Made by a program: the position numbers and the translations under genes
Part shown: positions 42,122 to 52,542 of the stretch, in pieces
Layout: every line of letters begins with the position of its first letter
Numbering within the stretch: the first letter of the stretch is position 1
The notes under the pieces: generated by a model
Seen by the model: only the letters and a program-made list of their open reading frames with translations
Database searches by the model: none
What the model was told of the DNA's origin: nothing
NCBI GenBank assembly: GCA_964480635.1
Contig: CAYZQE010000002.1
Coordinates: forward strand, 11,101-75,100
From: an uncultured Gammaproteobacteria bacterium
GTDB lineage: Bacteria; Pseudomonadota; Gammaproteobacteria; GCA-001735895
Reading direction: 5' to 3'
DNA: 64,000 nt

Positions 42122-45100
42122 ATGTCGGTCGTTAATAATAGGGAGAATAAAGCGGAAGAATTAAAGCGCGGTTTATATGCCTCTTATTTTTCTTTAACAA
42201 TCGTTGGCCTAAGTTTATTGGTGGTTGGTTTAGTGACCAATATTTGGATCAGTAATCAGGCATTAGAAGTTATTAATGTCAGCTCACCCAAAGTGGCATT
42301 ATTAGAAAAAATAAACACATCTTTAGAAACATCAAGAGCAGATTTAAACGCATGGATAGGTGGCGGCGAATTACAATTTAAAATAAACCGTAAAAAAGCT
42401 TGGCAACAAGACATATATCTCGCGTTAGATAAACTTAAAGCATTAAATGACGATAACCATGAGAACCTTAAAAAATTAGAACAAAAGCTACGCAACGTAG
42501 AAATGTGGCAATGGAAAATTGAAGACGTTGCTCAAACTCAAGGTAATTTCCCATCGCAATATTTATTGGATAGCCAAACAAAAAAATTAATTAAAAGGAC
42601 AGTAAATGCCACAACAGCACTGATAGAAATAGAGCTATTAGGTCTTATATCTAGCCTTCAAAAACATGACGTTAATGTGTTAATTGAGTTTCGAGCAAAC
42701 CTTTTTGAGTCATTATCGCATTTAACCGACTATGTGAGGAATGACGTACATTCTTCAAGGTTTGAATTTAATCGTTCAATGGCAAAAGCAGAGATAAATT
42801 TTAAAGCGCTGTTGCAAATTAATAAAATGATCGAGGTTGATCAATTAGAACAGTTAATTATTATTAACGAAAATTTTAAAGCCTATCAATCGCAAACGTC
42901 ACAGATATTAACCATTAGAGAAGGTAATAATTGGAATATTGCTACCACTTGGGTTGAGCAAGAGCTGAATCCAAAAAAAGAGCAGGTTGAAAAGACACTA
43001 ATAGCCTTACTTAATGAAGAAAGAAAACGCCTACAAAGTGATGCCGATAGCATAAAAAAATTGGGCACTATAGTGCCCTTTATCATGTTTGGATTATTGT
43101 TTTTAATGGCTTTTGTGGCCTTTTACCTGGCCCGAAAAAGTACACATCGTTTTGTCGCGCCAGTGGTGAACTTAGAAATTCAAGATCAATTAAAATCAGA
43201 CGTTGCTGTCTTAAATAGTAATATGCTGGGAGTTAATAATATTAAAGAGTTATGCCAAAACGCTATCAAATATTTGGCTGAACAAACCCAAGCCGTAGGC
43301 GGTTCACTGTTTGTAGAGCAGGATAATCTTTTAAGACTAAAAGGCGCTTATGCGGTATCTAACCGTCAGCTTTTAGCTCATAGTGGTATTGAGTTGGGTG
43401 AAGGTTTATTAGGCCAAGCATATATCAATAACGACATTAAATTTATTAAACCAGAGCCTAACGATGACTTTGTTATTCAGTCGTCGCTGATAGAGGCAAC
43501 CCCAAAGCAGTTGATGATTGCACCTATTGAATTTCAAGGTAAGGTGACGGCGGTTATAGAGCTGGCTTCATTACATGACTTTAGTGATTATGAAATCACC
43601 TTTATTAAGCAATGTTTGATTGATATTGGCGCATCATTGAATGCTGTACAGCAAGGTGAGCTAATAAGAGAGTCTCTCGCTAAGTCACAGGCACAGTCGG
43701 AAGAACTGGTGAGCCAACAAGAAGAGCTTCGAGTTACTAATGAAGAGCTAGAAAACCAAAAAGAAGAACTAAGAGTGACCAATGAAGAGCTTTTGGTACG
43801 GGGTGATGCCATTCAAGATAAATCAGATTTATTAGAGCAAGCCAATAAAGATCTTTCTGAAAAATCTCAAAATTTAGAGCTTCAAGCAAATGTTTTAAAA
43901 AAGTCAGAAAAAGAGCTGGCAGACAAGGCCGCGCTGTTAGAAGAAGCGAGCCGTTATAAATCAGAATTTTTAGCCAATATGTCACACGAGCTACGAACGC
44001 CGCTTAATAGCTTATTAATTTTAGCTAAAATGTTAGCAGACAATGATGAAGAGAATTTAAATGAAGACCAAGTAGAGTCGGCAAGCGTCATTTACGATAG
44101 CGGCACTCACTTGTTAAATTTAATCAATGATATTTTAGACCTCTCTAAAATTGAAGCAGGCCGAATGGATGTGGTTAAGGAAACCTTTTTTATTGCTGAA
44201 TTAGCAAAAAGCATGGAGGCTCGGTTTACCCATATGGCAAAGGTAAAGGGTATTTTATTTAATGTGACTGGGTTAGATATTTCATTATTAAGCTTAATAA
44301 CTGATGGAGTGAAGCTCCAACAAATACTCACTAACTTAATTGGCAATGCCCTTAAGTTTACGTCGGAAGGTTCAGTCACATTAGATTTCTCAGTTATTAA
44401 AAATAATGAACATGATCAACAAATAGCGATTGCAGTGATTGATACTGGCATTGGCATAGAAGAAACAAAGCAAGCGGCTATTTTTGAAGCCTTTCAGCAA
44501 GAAGATGGTTCAATTAACCGTAATTTTGGTGGCACGGGTTTAGGCTTATCTATTTCAATGGCCTATTCAAAATTATTAGGTGGGCACGTTCAGCTTAAAT
44601 CTAAAAAAGGCATCGGTTCAACATTTACTTTAATGCTACCTTTGAACGAGCAACCTATTGAAGACGTTGTTATCCAAGAGCCAAAACCTCTCAAGCTTGT
44701 TGAGGGCGTTAAGAACAACCCTGAAATCGCCGAAGAAAAAAAACAATCTTGGGTCATCTCCCCTCCTCCATTTACCGATGATCGAGAACGGTTAAAGACA
44801 GAACTGCCCTTGTTGTTAGTGGTTGAAGATGACCCTAAATTTTCTCGTATTTTGTATAAAGAAGCACAAAAGCAAGGTTATCAATGTCTGGTTGCACCTG
44901 ATGCAGAAAGTGGGTTGATATTGCTAGATAAACATAAAGTTATGGGTATCTTGCTTGACTTAAGTTTACCGCGAATGGATGGCAAAGAATTTTTAAAACG
45001 AGTAATGGATAATAATGAGCTTGAAGATATTCCCGTACATATTATATCGGCTTTGGGTCGTTCAGGAGATGAGCTTGAACAGGGTGCAGTGGGCTATTTT

Positions 45101-45988
45101 ACAAAACCAGTCAATCAAAGCCAAATTGCAATAGCGTTAGGCCGGCTAATGAACACTCACTGTAGTTCAATAGCTCAAGTACTTTTAATCGAAGGTGATG
45201 AGGCATCTCGATTGGAAATGATGACGTTATTAATGAACGAAAATATAAAAATAACAGAAGCTTGTCATGCGGCTGAGGCCACAGAGTATTTAAAGACAAA
45301 AGAATTTAATAGCATTATTTTAGGTTTGAACTTGCCAGATCAAAGCGGATTTGAATGGCTAGATGAGGCTGCAAATAATGATGACTTCATCTTACCTCCA
45401 GTGATTATTTATTCGGGTCGCAATTTAAGCCTCGAAGAAGAAAGTCATTTAAAACACTATACCGAAAGCATTATTATAAAATCCTCTCGTTCTGCTGAAC
45501 GTCTATTGGATGAAGTGTCGTTATTTTTAAACAGCGTTAAAAGAACGAAACAAAAAACGCCTAACATTCAGAAAAAAATAAATAAAAGTCAAAGCGATGG
45601 TAAAGGAGAAACGCCAGAACTAAAAAATAAGAGGGTGCTTGCCGTTGATGATGACATGCGTAATACCTTTGCTTTATCTAAAGTATTACGCAACAGAGGT
45701 ATGGTTGTTGAAATGGCCAGTAGCGGAAAGTTAGCGTTGCAAAAACTCAATGACCAAGAACTATTTGATATCGTACTTATGGATATTATGATGCCAGACA
45801 TGGATGGTTATGAAACCATGCAGGCCATTAGAAAAATAGCACGGTTTAAAAACTTACCCATTATTGCTGTTACAGCAAAAGCAATGAAAGGCGATAAAGA
45901 AAAATGTTTAGAAGCAGGTGCCAATGATTATTTATCAAAACCTATTGATATCGAAAAGCTGCAAACTACCATGCTGACTTGGGTTTAG
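42122..45988 (+). CDS. Chemoreceptor-like hybrid sensor histidine kinase (2 TM + ~270-aa helical periplasmic domain, GAF, Glu/Gln-rich coiled coil, HisKA, HATPase_c, REC, pseudo-REC, REC)
   Basis: TM1 ~aa 20-42, TM2 ~aa 316-338. H-box SHELRTPLNS (~nt 43983). G-boxes (GGTGLGLSI). Receivers start at LLLVVEDDP (~44815), QVLLIEGDEA (~45178, phospho-Asp position is Gly in IILGLNLPD) and KRVLAVDDD (~45632, canonical LMDIMMPDMDG). Confidence 0.85.
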   Translation: MSVVNNRENKAEELKRGLYASYFSLTIVGLSLLVVGLVTNIWISNQALEVINVSSPKVALLEKINTSLETSRADLNAWIGGGELQFKINRKKAWQQDIYLALDKLKALNDDNHENLKKLEQKLRNVEMWQWKIEDVAQTQGNFPSQYLLDSQTKKLIKRTVNATTALIEIELLGLISSLQKHDVNVLIEFRANLFESLSHLTDYVRNDVHSSRFEFNRSMAKAEINFKALLQINKMIEVDQLEQLIIINENFKAYQSQTSQILTIREGNNWNIATTWVEQELNPKKEQVEKTLIALLNEERKRLQSDADSIKKLGTIVPFIMFGLLFLMAFVAFYLARKSTHRFVAPVVNLEIQDQLKSDVAVLNSNMLGVNNIKELCQNAIKYLAEQTQAVGGSLFVEQDNLLRLKGAYAVSNRQLLAHSGIELGEGLLGQAYINNDIKFIKPEPNDDFVIQSSLIEATPKQLMIAPIEFQGKVTAVIELASLHDFSDYEITFIKQCLIDIGASLNAVQQGELIRESLAKSQAQSEELVSQQEELRVTNEELENQKEELRVTNEELLVRGDAIQDKSDLLEQANKDLSEKSQNLELQANVLKKSEKELADKAALLEEASRYKSEFLANMSHELRTPLNSLLILAKMLADNDEENLNEDQVESASVIYDSGTHLLNLINDILDLSKIEAGRMDVVKETFFIAELAKSMEARFTHMAKVKGILFNVTGLDISLLSLITDGVKLQQILTNLIGNALKFTSEGSVTLDFSVIKNNEHDQQIAIAVIDTGIGIEETKQAAIFEAFQQEDGSINRNFGGTGLGLSISMAYSKLLGGHVQLKSKKGIGSTFTLMLPLNEQPIEDVVIQEPKPLKLVEGVKNNPEIAEEKKQSWVISPPPFTDDRERLKTELPLLLVVEDDPKFSRILYKEAQKQGYQCLVAPDAESGLILLDKHKVMGILLDLSLPRMDGKEFLKRVMDNNELEDIPVHIISALGRSGDELEQGAVGYFTKPVNQSQIAIALGRLMNTHCSSIAQVLLIEGDEASRLEMMTLLMNENIKITEACHAAEATEYLKTKEFNSIILGLNLPDQSGFEWLDEAANNDDFILPPVIIYSGRNLSLEEESHLKHYTESIIIKSSRSAERLLDEVSLFLNSVKRTKQKTPNIQKKINKSQSDGKGETPELKNKRVLAVDDDMRNTFALSKVLRNRGMVVEMASSGKLALQKLNDQELFDIVLMDIMMPDMDGYETMQAIRKIARFKNLPIIAVTAKAMKGDKEKCLEAGANDYLSKPIDIEKLQTTMLTWV
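43721..43792 (+). repeat. In-frame 42-nt (14-aa) tandem repeat encoding EELRVTNEELENQK / EELRVTNEELLVRG within the kinase coiled coil
   Basis: Two units encode an identical 10-aa core with many synonymous differences (cttcgagttact vs ctaagagtgacc). The identity is therefore conserved at the protein level, not a recent DNA duplication. Confidence 0.6.
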
Positions 45989-45996
45989 GCATTTAG

Positions 45997-46857
45997 ATGG
46001 CAAGAATAAGCATTCAACATGCATTGGATGAACTAAATTTGACCCAAGTTGAAGATATAGAGTTATCACTTTTTATAAAGGCGGTTGAAGCCCGTTTTGG
46101 TTATGATTTTAAAAACTATCAAAAGGCATCGTTAAAGCGTCGAGTGCAAGCATTAGTGGTTAGCCAAGAATTAAACGTCATTAGTGAATTACTGCCTAAG
46201 ATTTTATATGAAGAGGGTTTTCTAGAAGAGATTATTGCCAAGATATCAGTTGGGGTGACCGAATTATTTCGTGACCCATGGAGTTATGATGCCATTAAAA
46301 ACCATGTGTTTGCATACTTAGAGTCATACCCTAGCCTTAAAATTTGGCATGCGGGTTGTTCCACAGGTGAAGAAGCATTCTCTTTAGCTATTCTTTTACA
46401 AGAAGCAGAATTAATGAATAAGACCACGGTTTACGCCACTGATTTTAATGAAGCAACATTAAACATTGCCAAAAGTGGTGTATTGAATACAAAAATATCT
46501 AAAGAAGATGTTACAAACTATCAACAAGCGGGAGGTAAACATTCTTTAGTGGATTACTTTACATCTGCTTATGGTCATTCAAAACTTGAGCAAGGCCTAT
46601 TAAACAACATTAATTTTAAACTGCACAATTTGGTACATGATGAGGTTTTTTGTCAGGCAAATGTAGTGATGTGTCGAAACGTGACCATTTACTTTAATCG
46701 TAAGCTTCAAGCTAAGGTACTTCAGTTATTATCAGATTCGGTATGTCGAGGTGGGTTTTTAATTTTAGGGCCAAAAGAATCCATCATAGCCACGCCCATT
46801 GAAAAGCTTTTTAAAGTAATTGATCAAAAAGCAAAAATATTTCAAAAAATAGTCTAG
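45997..46857 (+). CDS. cheR: Chemotaxis protein methyltransferase CheR-like
   Basis: N-terminal helical subdomain and SAM-dependent MTase fold (IWHAGCSTGEEAFSLAILL, VVMCRNVTIYFN). Confidence 0.8.
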   Translation: MARISIQHALDELNLTQVEDIELSLFIKAVEARFGYDFKNYQKASLKRRVQALVVSQELNVISELLPKILYEEGFLEEIIAKISVGVTELFRDPWSYDAIKNHVFAYLESYPSLKIWHAGCSTGEEAFSLAILLQEAELMNKTTVYATDFNEATLNIAKSGVLNTKISKEDVTNYQQAGGKHSLVDYFTSAYGHSKLEQGLLNNINFKLHNLVHDEVFCQANVVMCRNVTIYFNRKLQAKVLQLLSDSVCRGGFLILGPKESIIATPIEKLFKVIDQKAKIFQKIV

Positions 46858-46858
46858 C

Positions 46859-47419
46859 ATGCATATTGTTTTAATTGGCGGTTCAAGCGGTAGTTTAAAG
46901 CCGGTTCGTTTATTATTACGAAACCTTAATGGTTCTAATTATGTGGTCATTATCATTTTGCACTTACCCTCACAAATTGATTTACCATTAGTTGAATTAT
47001 TAGCAGTAGATACTAAACTCCCTGTTAAAGAAGCAATAGATAAATCGTTAATAGATGTTATGAACGTATACGTTGCAGCAGGTGGCTATCATCTTTATAT
47101 AGAAGATGATCATAGTTTTGCTTTATCTTTAGATGAAAAAGTTAACTATAGCCGACCTTCAATTGACGTTTTATTTTCATCAGCTGCCGATGTTTACGGC
47201 CAATCTTGTATTGGCATTTTGTTGTCTGGAGCTAACAAAGACGGTGCAGAAGGACTAAAAAGAATGAAGCAACTAGGCGGAATGACGATAGCACAGCTAC
47301 CAACTGAAGCCGAGGTCAGTGAGATGCCAAAATCTGCGATTGACACAGGTAGTATCGATTTAATTGCAACAGTGGACGACATAGCTATAAAAATTAATCA
47401 ACTGATGAATAAAAGATGA
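46859..47419 (+). CDS. cheB: Protein-glutamate methylesterase CheB, catalytic domain only (no receiver)
   Basis: 186 aa. Carries GGSSGS (Ser), HLP (His) and SGANKDGAEG (Asp) catalytic elements. No N-terminal REC domain. Confidence 0.75.
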   Translation: MHIVLIGGSSGSLKPVRLLLRNLNGSNYVVIIILHLPSQIDLPLVELLAVDTKLPVKEAIDKSLIDVMNVYVAAGGYHLYIEDDHSFALSLDEKVNYSRPSIDVLFSSAADVYGQSCIGILLSGANKDGAEGLKRMKQLGGMTIAQLPTEAEVSEMPKSAIDTGSIDLIATVDDIAIKINQLMNKR

Positions 47420-47430
47420 CGCCACGATAA

Positions 47431-48417
47431 ATGAAAAATTTAACACCAAAAATACTCATTGTTGATGATATTAAAGCGAATTTAATCGCATTAAATGCGC
47501 TGTTAAAAAGGATGGATGTTGAAGTAATTCAAGCCAGTTCGGGTAACGATGCATTAGGCCTAGTGCTAGAACATGACTTTGCTTTATTTTTGTTTGATGT
47601 GCAAATGCCTGAAATGGATGGCTATGAATTAGCCGAAATTCTAATGCATGAAGATTCTACCAAAGATATTCCTGTTATTTTTATCACAGCAGCCATGAAG
47701 GATGAATTAAACAGGATTAAGGGTTATGAGCACGGTGCGATTGATTACATAGAAAAGCCGATTAATGATGCGATTTTAAAAGCAAAAGTGAAAATACTTT
47801 TAAATATGTGGCAACAACGTCAACAGTTAAATATTTTACTTGATGACATTGCTGAAAAAAACATTGCCCTACAAACCGAAGTGGCAGAACGAAAAAAAGT
47901 AGAGCAGCGCCTCAATCATATGGCGAGCTATGATTCACTGACTGAGTTGCCCAATCGCCATCAACTCGATAAAGAAGCAACGAAAATAATTTCTACAGCA
48001 AAACGTTACGATCATCGTGTTGCCTTTATGTTTTTAGATTTAGATGGCTTTAAAAAAGTAAATGATAACAATGGGCACGACATAGGCGATGCTGTTTTGG
48101 TCGAGTCAGCTTTGCGCATGCAAAAAGCAGTACGTGATATTGATGTAGTCGCTCGCTTTGGCGGCGATGAGTTTATAATTGTATTGCCTGACTGCCATAC
48201 TAATGCTGATGTCAGCATCATTGCCAAACGTATCATTGATCACATTAATCAGCCGTTAGAATCGGTTAATATTGTCGAAAAATTAGGCGTGAGTATTGGC
48301 ATAGCGATTTATTCTGAGGATGGAATGACAAAAGAAGAGTTGTTGACTTTAGCCGATAAAGCCATGTATGAAGCCAAAAAATCAGGAAAAAATCAATTTA
48401 AATTTACTTCTGAGTAA
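47431..48417 (+). CDS. Response regulator receiver-GGDEF diguanylate cyclase
   Basis: REC (ILIVDDIKANL...FLFDVQMPEMDG), coiled-coil linker, intact GGDEF (RFGGDEFIIV). Confidence 0.85.
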   Translation: MKNLTPKILIVDDIKANLIALNALLKRMDVEVIQASSGNDALGLVLEHDFALFLFDVQMPEMDGYELAEILMHEDSTKDIPVIFITAAMKDELNRIKGYEHGAIDYIEKPINDAILKAKVKILLNMWQQRQQLNILLDDIAEKNIALQTEVAERKKVEQRLNHMASYDSLTELPNRHQLDKEATKIISTAKRYDHRVAFMFLDLDGFKKVNDNNGHDIGDAVLVESALRMQKAVRDIDVVARFGGDEFIIVLPDCHTNADVSIIAKRIIDHINQPLESVNIVEKLGVSIGIAIYSEDGMTKEELLTLADKAMYEAKKSGKNQFKFTSE

Positions 48418-48602
48418 ATCAAACAACCCAGTTTGAGTATGGTGAAAAAAAGATAAAAGTTATATCGAAAGACGCCGTAAATACACTGAACAATTCAATA
48501 ACTATTTTTTAATAGTTGATATTAATTTATTATATAGACACATAAATTAATCGGTGTATAAGTTATATTTGTGCGTTTTTTAATCATTAACAATTTTTCT
48601 TC

Positions 48603-50096
48603 ATGACGATCATAAAAACAGATATTTTATTGGTAGGCGCGGGGTCAGTGTGTGCGACGCTTGGCTCTATGTTAAAGCAGTTAAACCCTAGCTTTTCTAT
48701 CACCATGGTTGAACGCCTTGACCAAATAATGCAAGAAAGCAGTGAGGGTTGGAATAATGCAGGCACAGGCCATGCAGCCTACTGCGAGCTAAATTACACC
48801 CCCGAACTTGAAGATGGCAGTGTTGATATTCATCAAGCTTTCGGCATTAATGCGCGCTATGAAGTGAGCCTGCAATATTGGTCTTATTTGGTAAAGTTAG
48901 GCGCCTTACCTTCTCCCGAACAGTTTATCAACCCAATCCCTCACGTCAGTGTTGTTTGGGGTGAAGCGAATATAGAGTTTCTAAAAAAACGTCATAAACT
49001 ACTCTCCAAACATCCCATGTTTGCGGCGATGGAATTTAGTGAAGACCCTGAGGTTCTTAAAACATGGTTCCCTTTAATTATGGAAGGTCGAGATAGCAGC
49101 GAAAAAGTAGCAGCGACCAGAGTAAAGCATGGCACAGATGTTAATTTTGCCGCCGTTGGCAAAGGCATGGTAGAGCATTTGCAAACCCTAGATAACTTTA
49201 ACTTAATGCTAAACACCTCTGTCGAAAACCTGCATCAAAAAGACGATAGTCGATGGTCAGTGTCTATCAAAGACACTAAAAATGGCACAATGCAAAAAAT
49301 GGATGCTGGTTTTGTGTTTATTGGCGCGGGCGGGGCTGCTTTGCAGTTGTTACAAAAATCGGGTATTCCAGAAATAAAAGGCTTTGGTGGCTTTCCGGTG
49401 AGTGGGCAATGGTTAGTCTGTGATAACCCTGAAGTCGTTGCGCAACATTCGGTTAAGGCTTATGGCAAAGCCCCAGTTAATGCACCACCAATGTCAGTGC
49501 CGCATTTAGATTTACGCATTATTAATGGTAAAAAAGCATTATTGTTTGGCCCTTTTGCAGGGTTTACCACTAAATTTTTAGTGAATGGTTCATTTTGGGA
49601 TTTAATGTCTTCTGTGCGTTGGCACAACCTGTGGCCCATGTTTAAAACCAGCATTAACAATGTGTCGTTAATTAAATATTTAATTACCGAAATACTGCAA
49701 ACCCAAAAATCACGAGTGACAGCTTTACGTGAATTTTATCCTACCGCTAAAAGTGCTGATTGGCGCTTAGCCATTGCGGGGCAGCGCGTTCAAATTATAA
49801 AAAAGTGCCCTATTTTGGGCGGTAAAATAGAGTTTGGAACAGAAACCATACATACCAAAGACGGTACTTTAGCAGGGTTATTAGGTGCATCACCCGGGGC
49901 ATCACTGTTAGTACCCATTATTTTAGAAATTATTGAAGAATGCTTTGCCGAAGAATTAAGTACAGAAGATTGGCATAAAAAAGTCAGAAAAATAATTCCG
50001 TCATACGGTATTTCTATCGTATCGAATAAAGAGCTGTTCATGTCTATTCGTGAAGATACTTTATCGACCCTAAAATTAGATATTTATAAAAATTAA
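48603..50096 (+). CDS. mqo: Malate:quinone oxidoreductase
   Basis: FAD motif DILLVGAGSVCATLG and overall collinearity with Mqo (~500 aa). Confidence 0.85.
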   Translation: MTIIKTDILLVGAGSVCATLGSMLKQLNPSFSITMVERLDQIMQESSEGWNNAGTGHAAYCELNYTPELEDGSVDIHQAFGINARYEVSLQYWSYLVKLGALPSPEQFINPIPHVSVVWGEANIEFLKKRHKLLSKHPMFAAMEFSEDPEVLKTWFPLIMEGRDSSEKVAATRVKHGTDVNFAAVGKGMVEHLQTLDNFNLMLNTSVENLHQKDDSRWSVSIKDTKNGTMQKMDAGFVFIGAGGAALQLLQKSGIPEIKGFGGFPVSGQWLVCDNPEVVAQHSVKAYGKAPVNAPPMSVPHLDLRIINGKKALLFGPFAGFTTKFLVNGSFWDLMSSVRWHNLWPMFKTSINNVSLIKYLITEILQTQKSRVTALREFYPTAKSADWRLAIAGQRVQIIKKCPILGGKIEFGTETIHTKDGTLAGLLGASPGASLLVPIILEIIEECFAEELSTEDWHKKVRKIIPSYGISIVSNKELFMSIREDTLSTLKLDIYKN

Positions 50097-50131
50097 CCTT
50101 TCATCAAAAGAGCCACAAAATAGTTAAAACC

Positions 50132-52405
50132 ATGGACAAAGACCTAGACCAAATAGCCCTTGATTATCATCGTTATCCTAAACCTGGAAAGTTAGAAATA
50201 ACGCCAACCACCAGTATGCTCACACAACGTGATTTGGCTTTAGCCTATTCACCTGGTGTGGCTGCAGCCAGTGAAGCGATTGCAAAAGATCCAAAATGCG
50301 CGATAGATTACACCGCAAAAGGCAACTTAGTAGCGGTTATCACTAATGGCACAGCAGTGCTTGGGCTAGGCAGTATTGGGGCACTCGCCTCAAAACCAGT
50401 GATGGAAGGCAAGGCTGTTTTATTTAAAAAGTTTGCCGCAGTTGATGCGTTTGACCTGGAGCTAGATACCACAGATATCGACCGTTTTGTCGATGCTGTT
50501 AGCTTATTAGAACCCACGTTTGGTGGCATTAATTTAGAAGATATTAAAGCCCCAGAATGCTTTGAAATAGAAAAACGTCTCAAAGCAAAAATGAATATCC
50601 CCGTGTTTCATGACGACCAGCACGGCACCGCTATTTGTGTTACTGCGGCGATTCGTAATGCTCTTATTGTTGCCAATAAAAAAATTGAAGACGTAAAGCT
50701 GGTTTGCTCTGGTGCAGGTGCTGCGGCCATTTCATGCCTTAATTTATTAATGGAGTCGGGTCTTAAAAAAGAAAATATCATTGTCAGTGACCGTTTCGGT
50801 GTTATTTATAAAGGCCGCAAAGAAGAAATGAACCCTTATAATTCAGCATTTGCCATAGAGACCAATGCGCGAACTTTAGAAGATATTATTGATGATGCCG
50901 ATATATTTTTAGGCCTATCTGCACCACGCGTGTTAAAGCCAGAATACCTCGATAAAATGGCAAAAAACCCAATTATTATGGCGTTAGCCAACCCAACTCC
51001 AGAAATATTGCCAGAATTGGTGATGGAAAGACGCCCAGATGCCATCATCGCTACAGGACGAAGTGATTACCCTAATCAAGTGAATAATGTTTTATGTTTT
51101 CCCTTTTTATTTCGCGGTGCGCTTGATGTGGGCGCAACTGAAATTAATGAAGCGATGAAAATAGCGGCGATGGAAGCGATTGCAGAGCTTGCAAGAAAAG
51201 AAGCAACCGATGAAGTGGTCTCAGCTTATGGCGGCGAACAATTTACTTTTGGCCGAAATTATTTTATCCCTAAACCCTTTGACCCAAGGTTAATGACTAT
51301 TATCCCACCACGTGTTGCCCAAGCAGCCATGGACAGTGGTGTAGCGACACGACCGATTACAGATTTTAAAGCTTATAACAAAAAGTTAGAAAGCTATGTA
51401 TTCAAGTCTGGCATGACCATGAAACCTATTTTTGATGCCGCTATTGCAGCGCCACAACGTATTGTTTTTGCCGAAGGTGAATCACAAAGGGTGATTAATG
51501 CAGTACAAATTTTAGTCGATGATAAAGTGTGTAAACCCATATTAATCGGCAACCCTAAAATCATTCAAAATAACATTGATACATATAATTTACGTCTAAC
51601 AATAGGTGAAGATATTGATGTTATTGACCCGACCAAAAATGAAAAAATGAAAAAATATGGCGATGAATTTTATCGCCTGATGCAACGTCAAGGCGTGACG
51701 CCGGTGTATGCAAAACGTGTCATTAGCACCCGTCGGACAGCACTAGCGGCTGTCATGGTTAGGTTAGGTGAGGCCGATGCGATGCTTTGTGGTGTCGAAG
51801 GTAATTTCTCATCGCATTTACGTTATATAAAATCGTTAATTGGCAATAAAAAAGAGGCTCAAAAAATCTCTTCAGTGTGCATGATGATTATTAAATCGGG
51901 CACCTACTTTTTAACCGACACGCATGTGACCCTAAGCCCCACGGCACAAGATATTGTCGATAACACCGTTTTAGCGGCAGAACTCATAAAACATTTTGGT
52001 TTCGAGCCAAAAGCCGCATTACTCTCGCATTCTAATTTTGGCTCTCGCAGTAATAAAAGCTCGGTAAAAATGCGCGAAGCTTTAAAAATATTACACGACA
52101 CTCATCCTGATTTATTAGTCGAAGGCGAAATGCATGCAGATGCGGCCTTATCATCTAAAATAAGAGATCGCTTATTTAAGGACTCTTCTTTTAAAGGCTC
52201 GGCAAATTTATTGGTATGCCCTTCTTTAGATGCCGGTAATATTGCCTATAACTTAGTGAAACAAACCAGTGACGGCGCAACCGTCGGCCCCATGTTAGTT
52301 GGTACTAACTACCCAGCGCATATATTAACCGAAAGTACATCGGTGAGAGGCATAGTCAACATGACTGCTTTTGCCGCAGTAGATGCCTTGCAACGGCATC
52401 AGTAA
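50132..52405 (+). CDS. maeB: NADP-dependent malic enzyme (malic enzyme domain + C-terminal phosphotransacetylase-like domain)
   Basis: 757 aa. N-terminal malic-enzyme motifs ([23 protein letters not shown]) and a PTA-like C-terminal half, as in E. coli MaeB. Confidence 0.9.
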   Translation: MDKDLDQIALDYHRYPKPGKLEITPTTSMLTQRDLALAYSPGVAAASEAIAKDPKCAIDYTAKGNLVAVITNGTAVLGLGSIGALASKPVMEGKAVLFKKFAAVDAFDLELDTTDIDRFVDAVSLLEPTFGGINLEDIKAPECFEIEKRLKAKMNIPVFHDDQHGTAICVTAAIRNALIVANKKIEDVKLVCSGAGAAAISCLNLLMESGLKKENIIVSDRFGVIYKGRKEEMNPYNSAFAIETNARTLEDIIDDADIFLGLSAPRVLKPEYLDKMAKNPIIMALANPTPEILPELVMERRPDAIIATGRSDYPNQVNNVLCFPFLFRGALDVGATEINEAMKIAAMEAIAELARKEATDEVVSAYGGEQFTFGRNYFIPKPFDPRLMTIIPPRVAQAAMDSGVATRPITDFKAYNKKLESYVFKSGMTMKPIFDAAIAAPQRIVFAEGESQRVINAVQILVDDKVCKPILIGNPKIIQNNIDTYNLRLTIGEDIDVIDPTKNEKMKKYGDEFYRLMQRQGVTPVYAKRVISTRRTALAAVMVRLGEADAMLCGVEGNFSSHLRYIKSLIGNKKEAQKISSVCMMIIKSGTYFLTDTHVTLSPTAQDIVDNTVLAAELIKHFGFEPKAALLSHSNFGSRSNKSSVKMREALKILHDTHPDLLVEGEMHADAALSSKIRDRLFKDSSFKGSANLLVCPSLDAGNIAYNLVKQTSDGATVGPMLVGTNYPAHILTESTSVRGIVNMTAFAAVDALQRHQ

Positions 52406-52443
52406 TATCATGCGGCTTTTACTTGTTGTGAATAAAAATTACA

Positions 52444-52480
52444 AATTCAGCTGCTAATGATCTATTAGCAGCTGAATTTT
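52444..52480. terminator. Bidirectional rho-independent terminator between maeB (+) and the CDGSH gene (-)
   Basis: 15-bp perfect stem aattcagctgctaat / attagcagctgaatt with 5-nt loop. T-run downstream on + and A-run upstream (U-tract on the minus transcript). Confidence 0.7.
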
Positions 52481-52542
52481 AGTTTAACACGGTTGTGTTC
52501 TTGGCCTCTGTGACAGTGGCGCGTTTATTTTGCACAGCCAAT

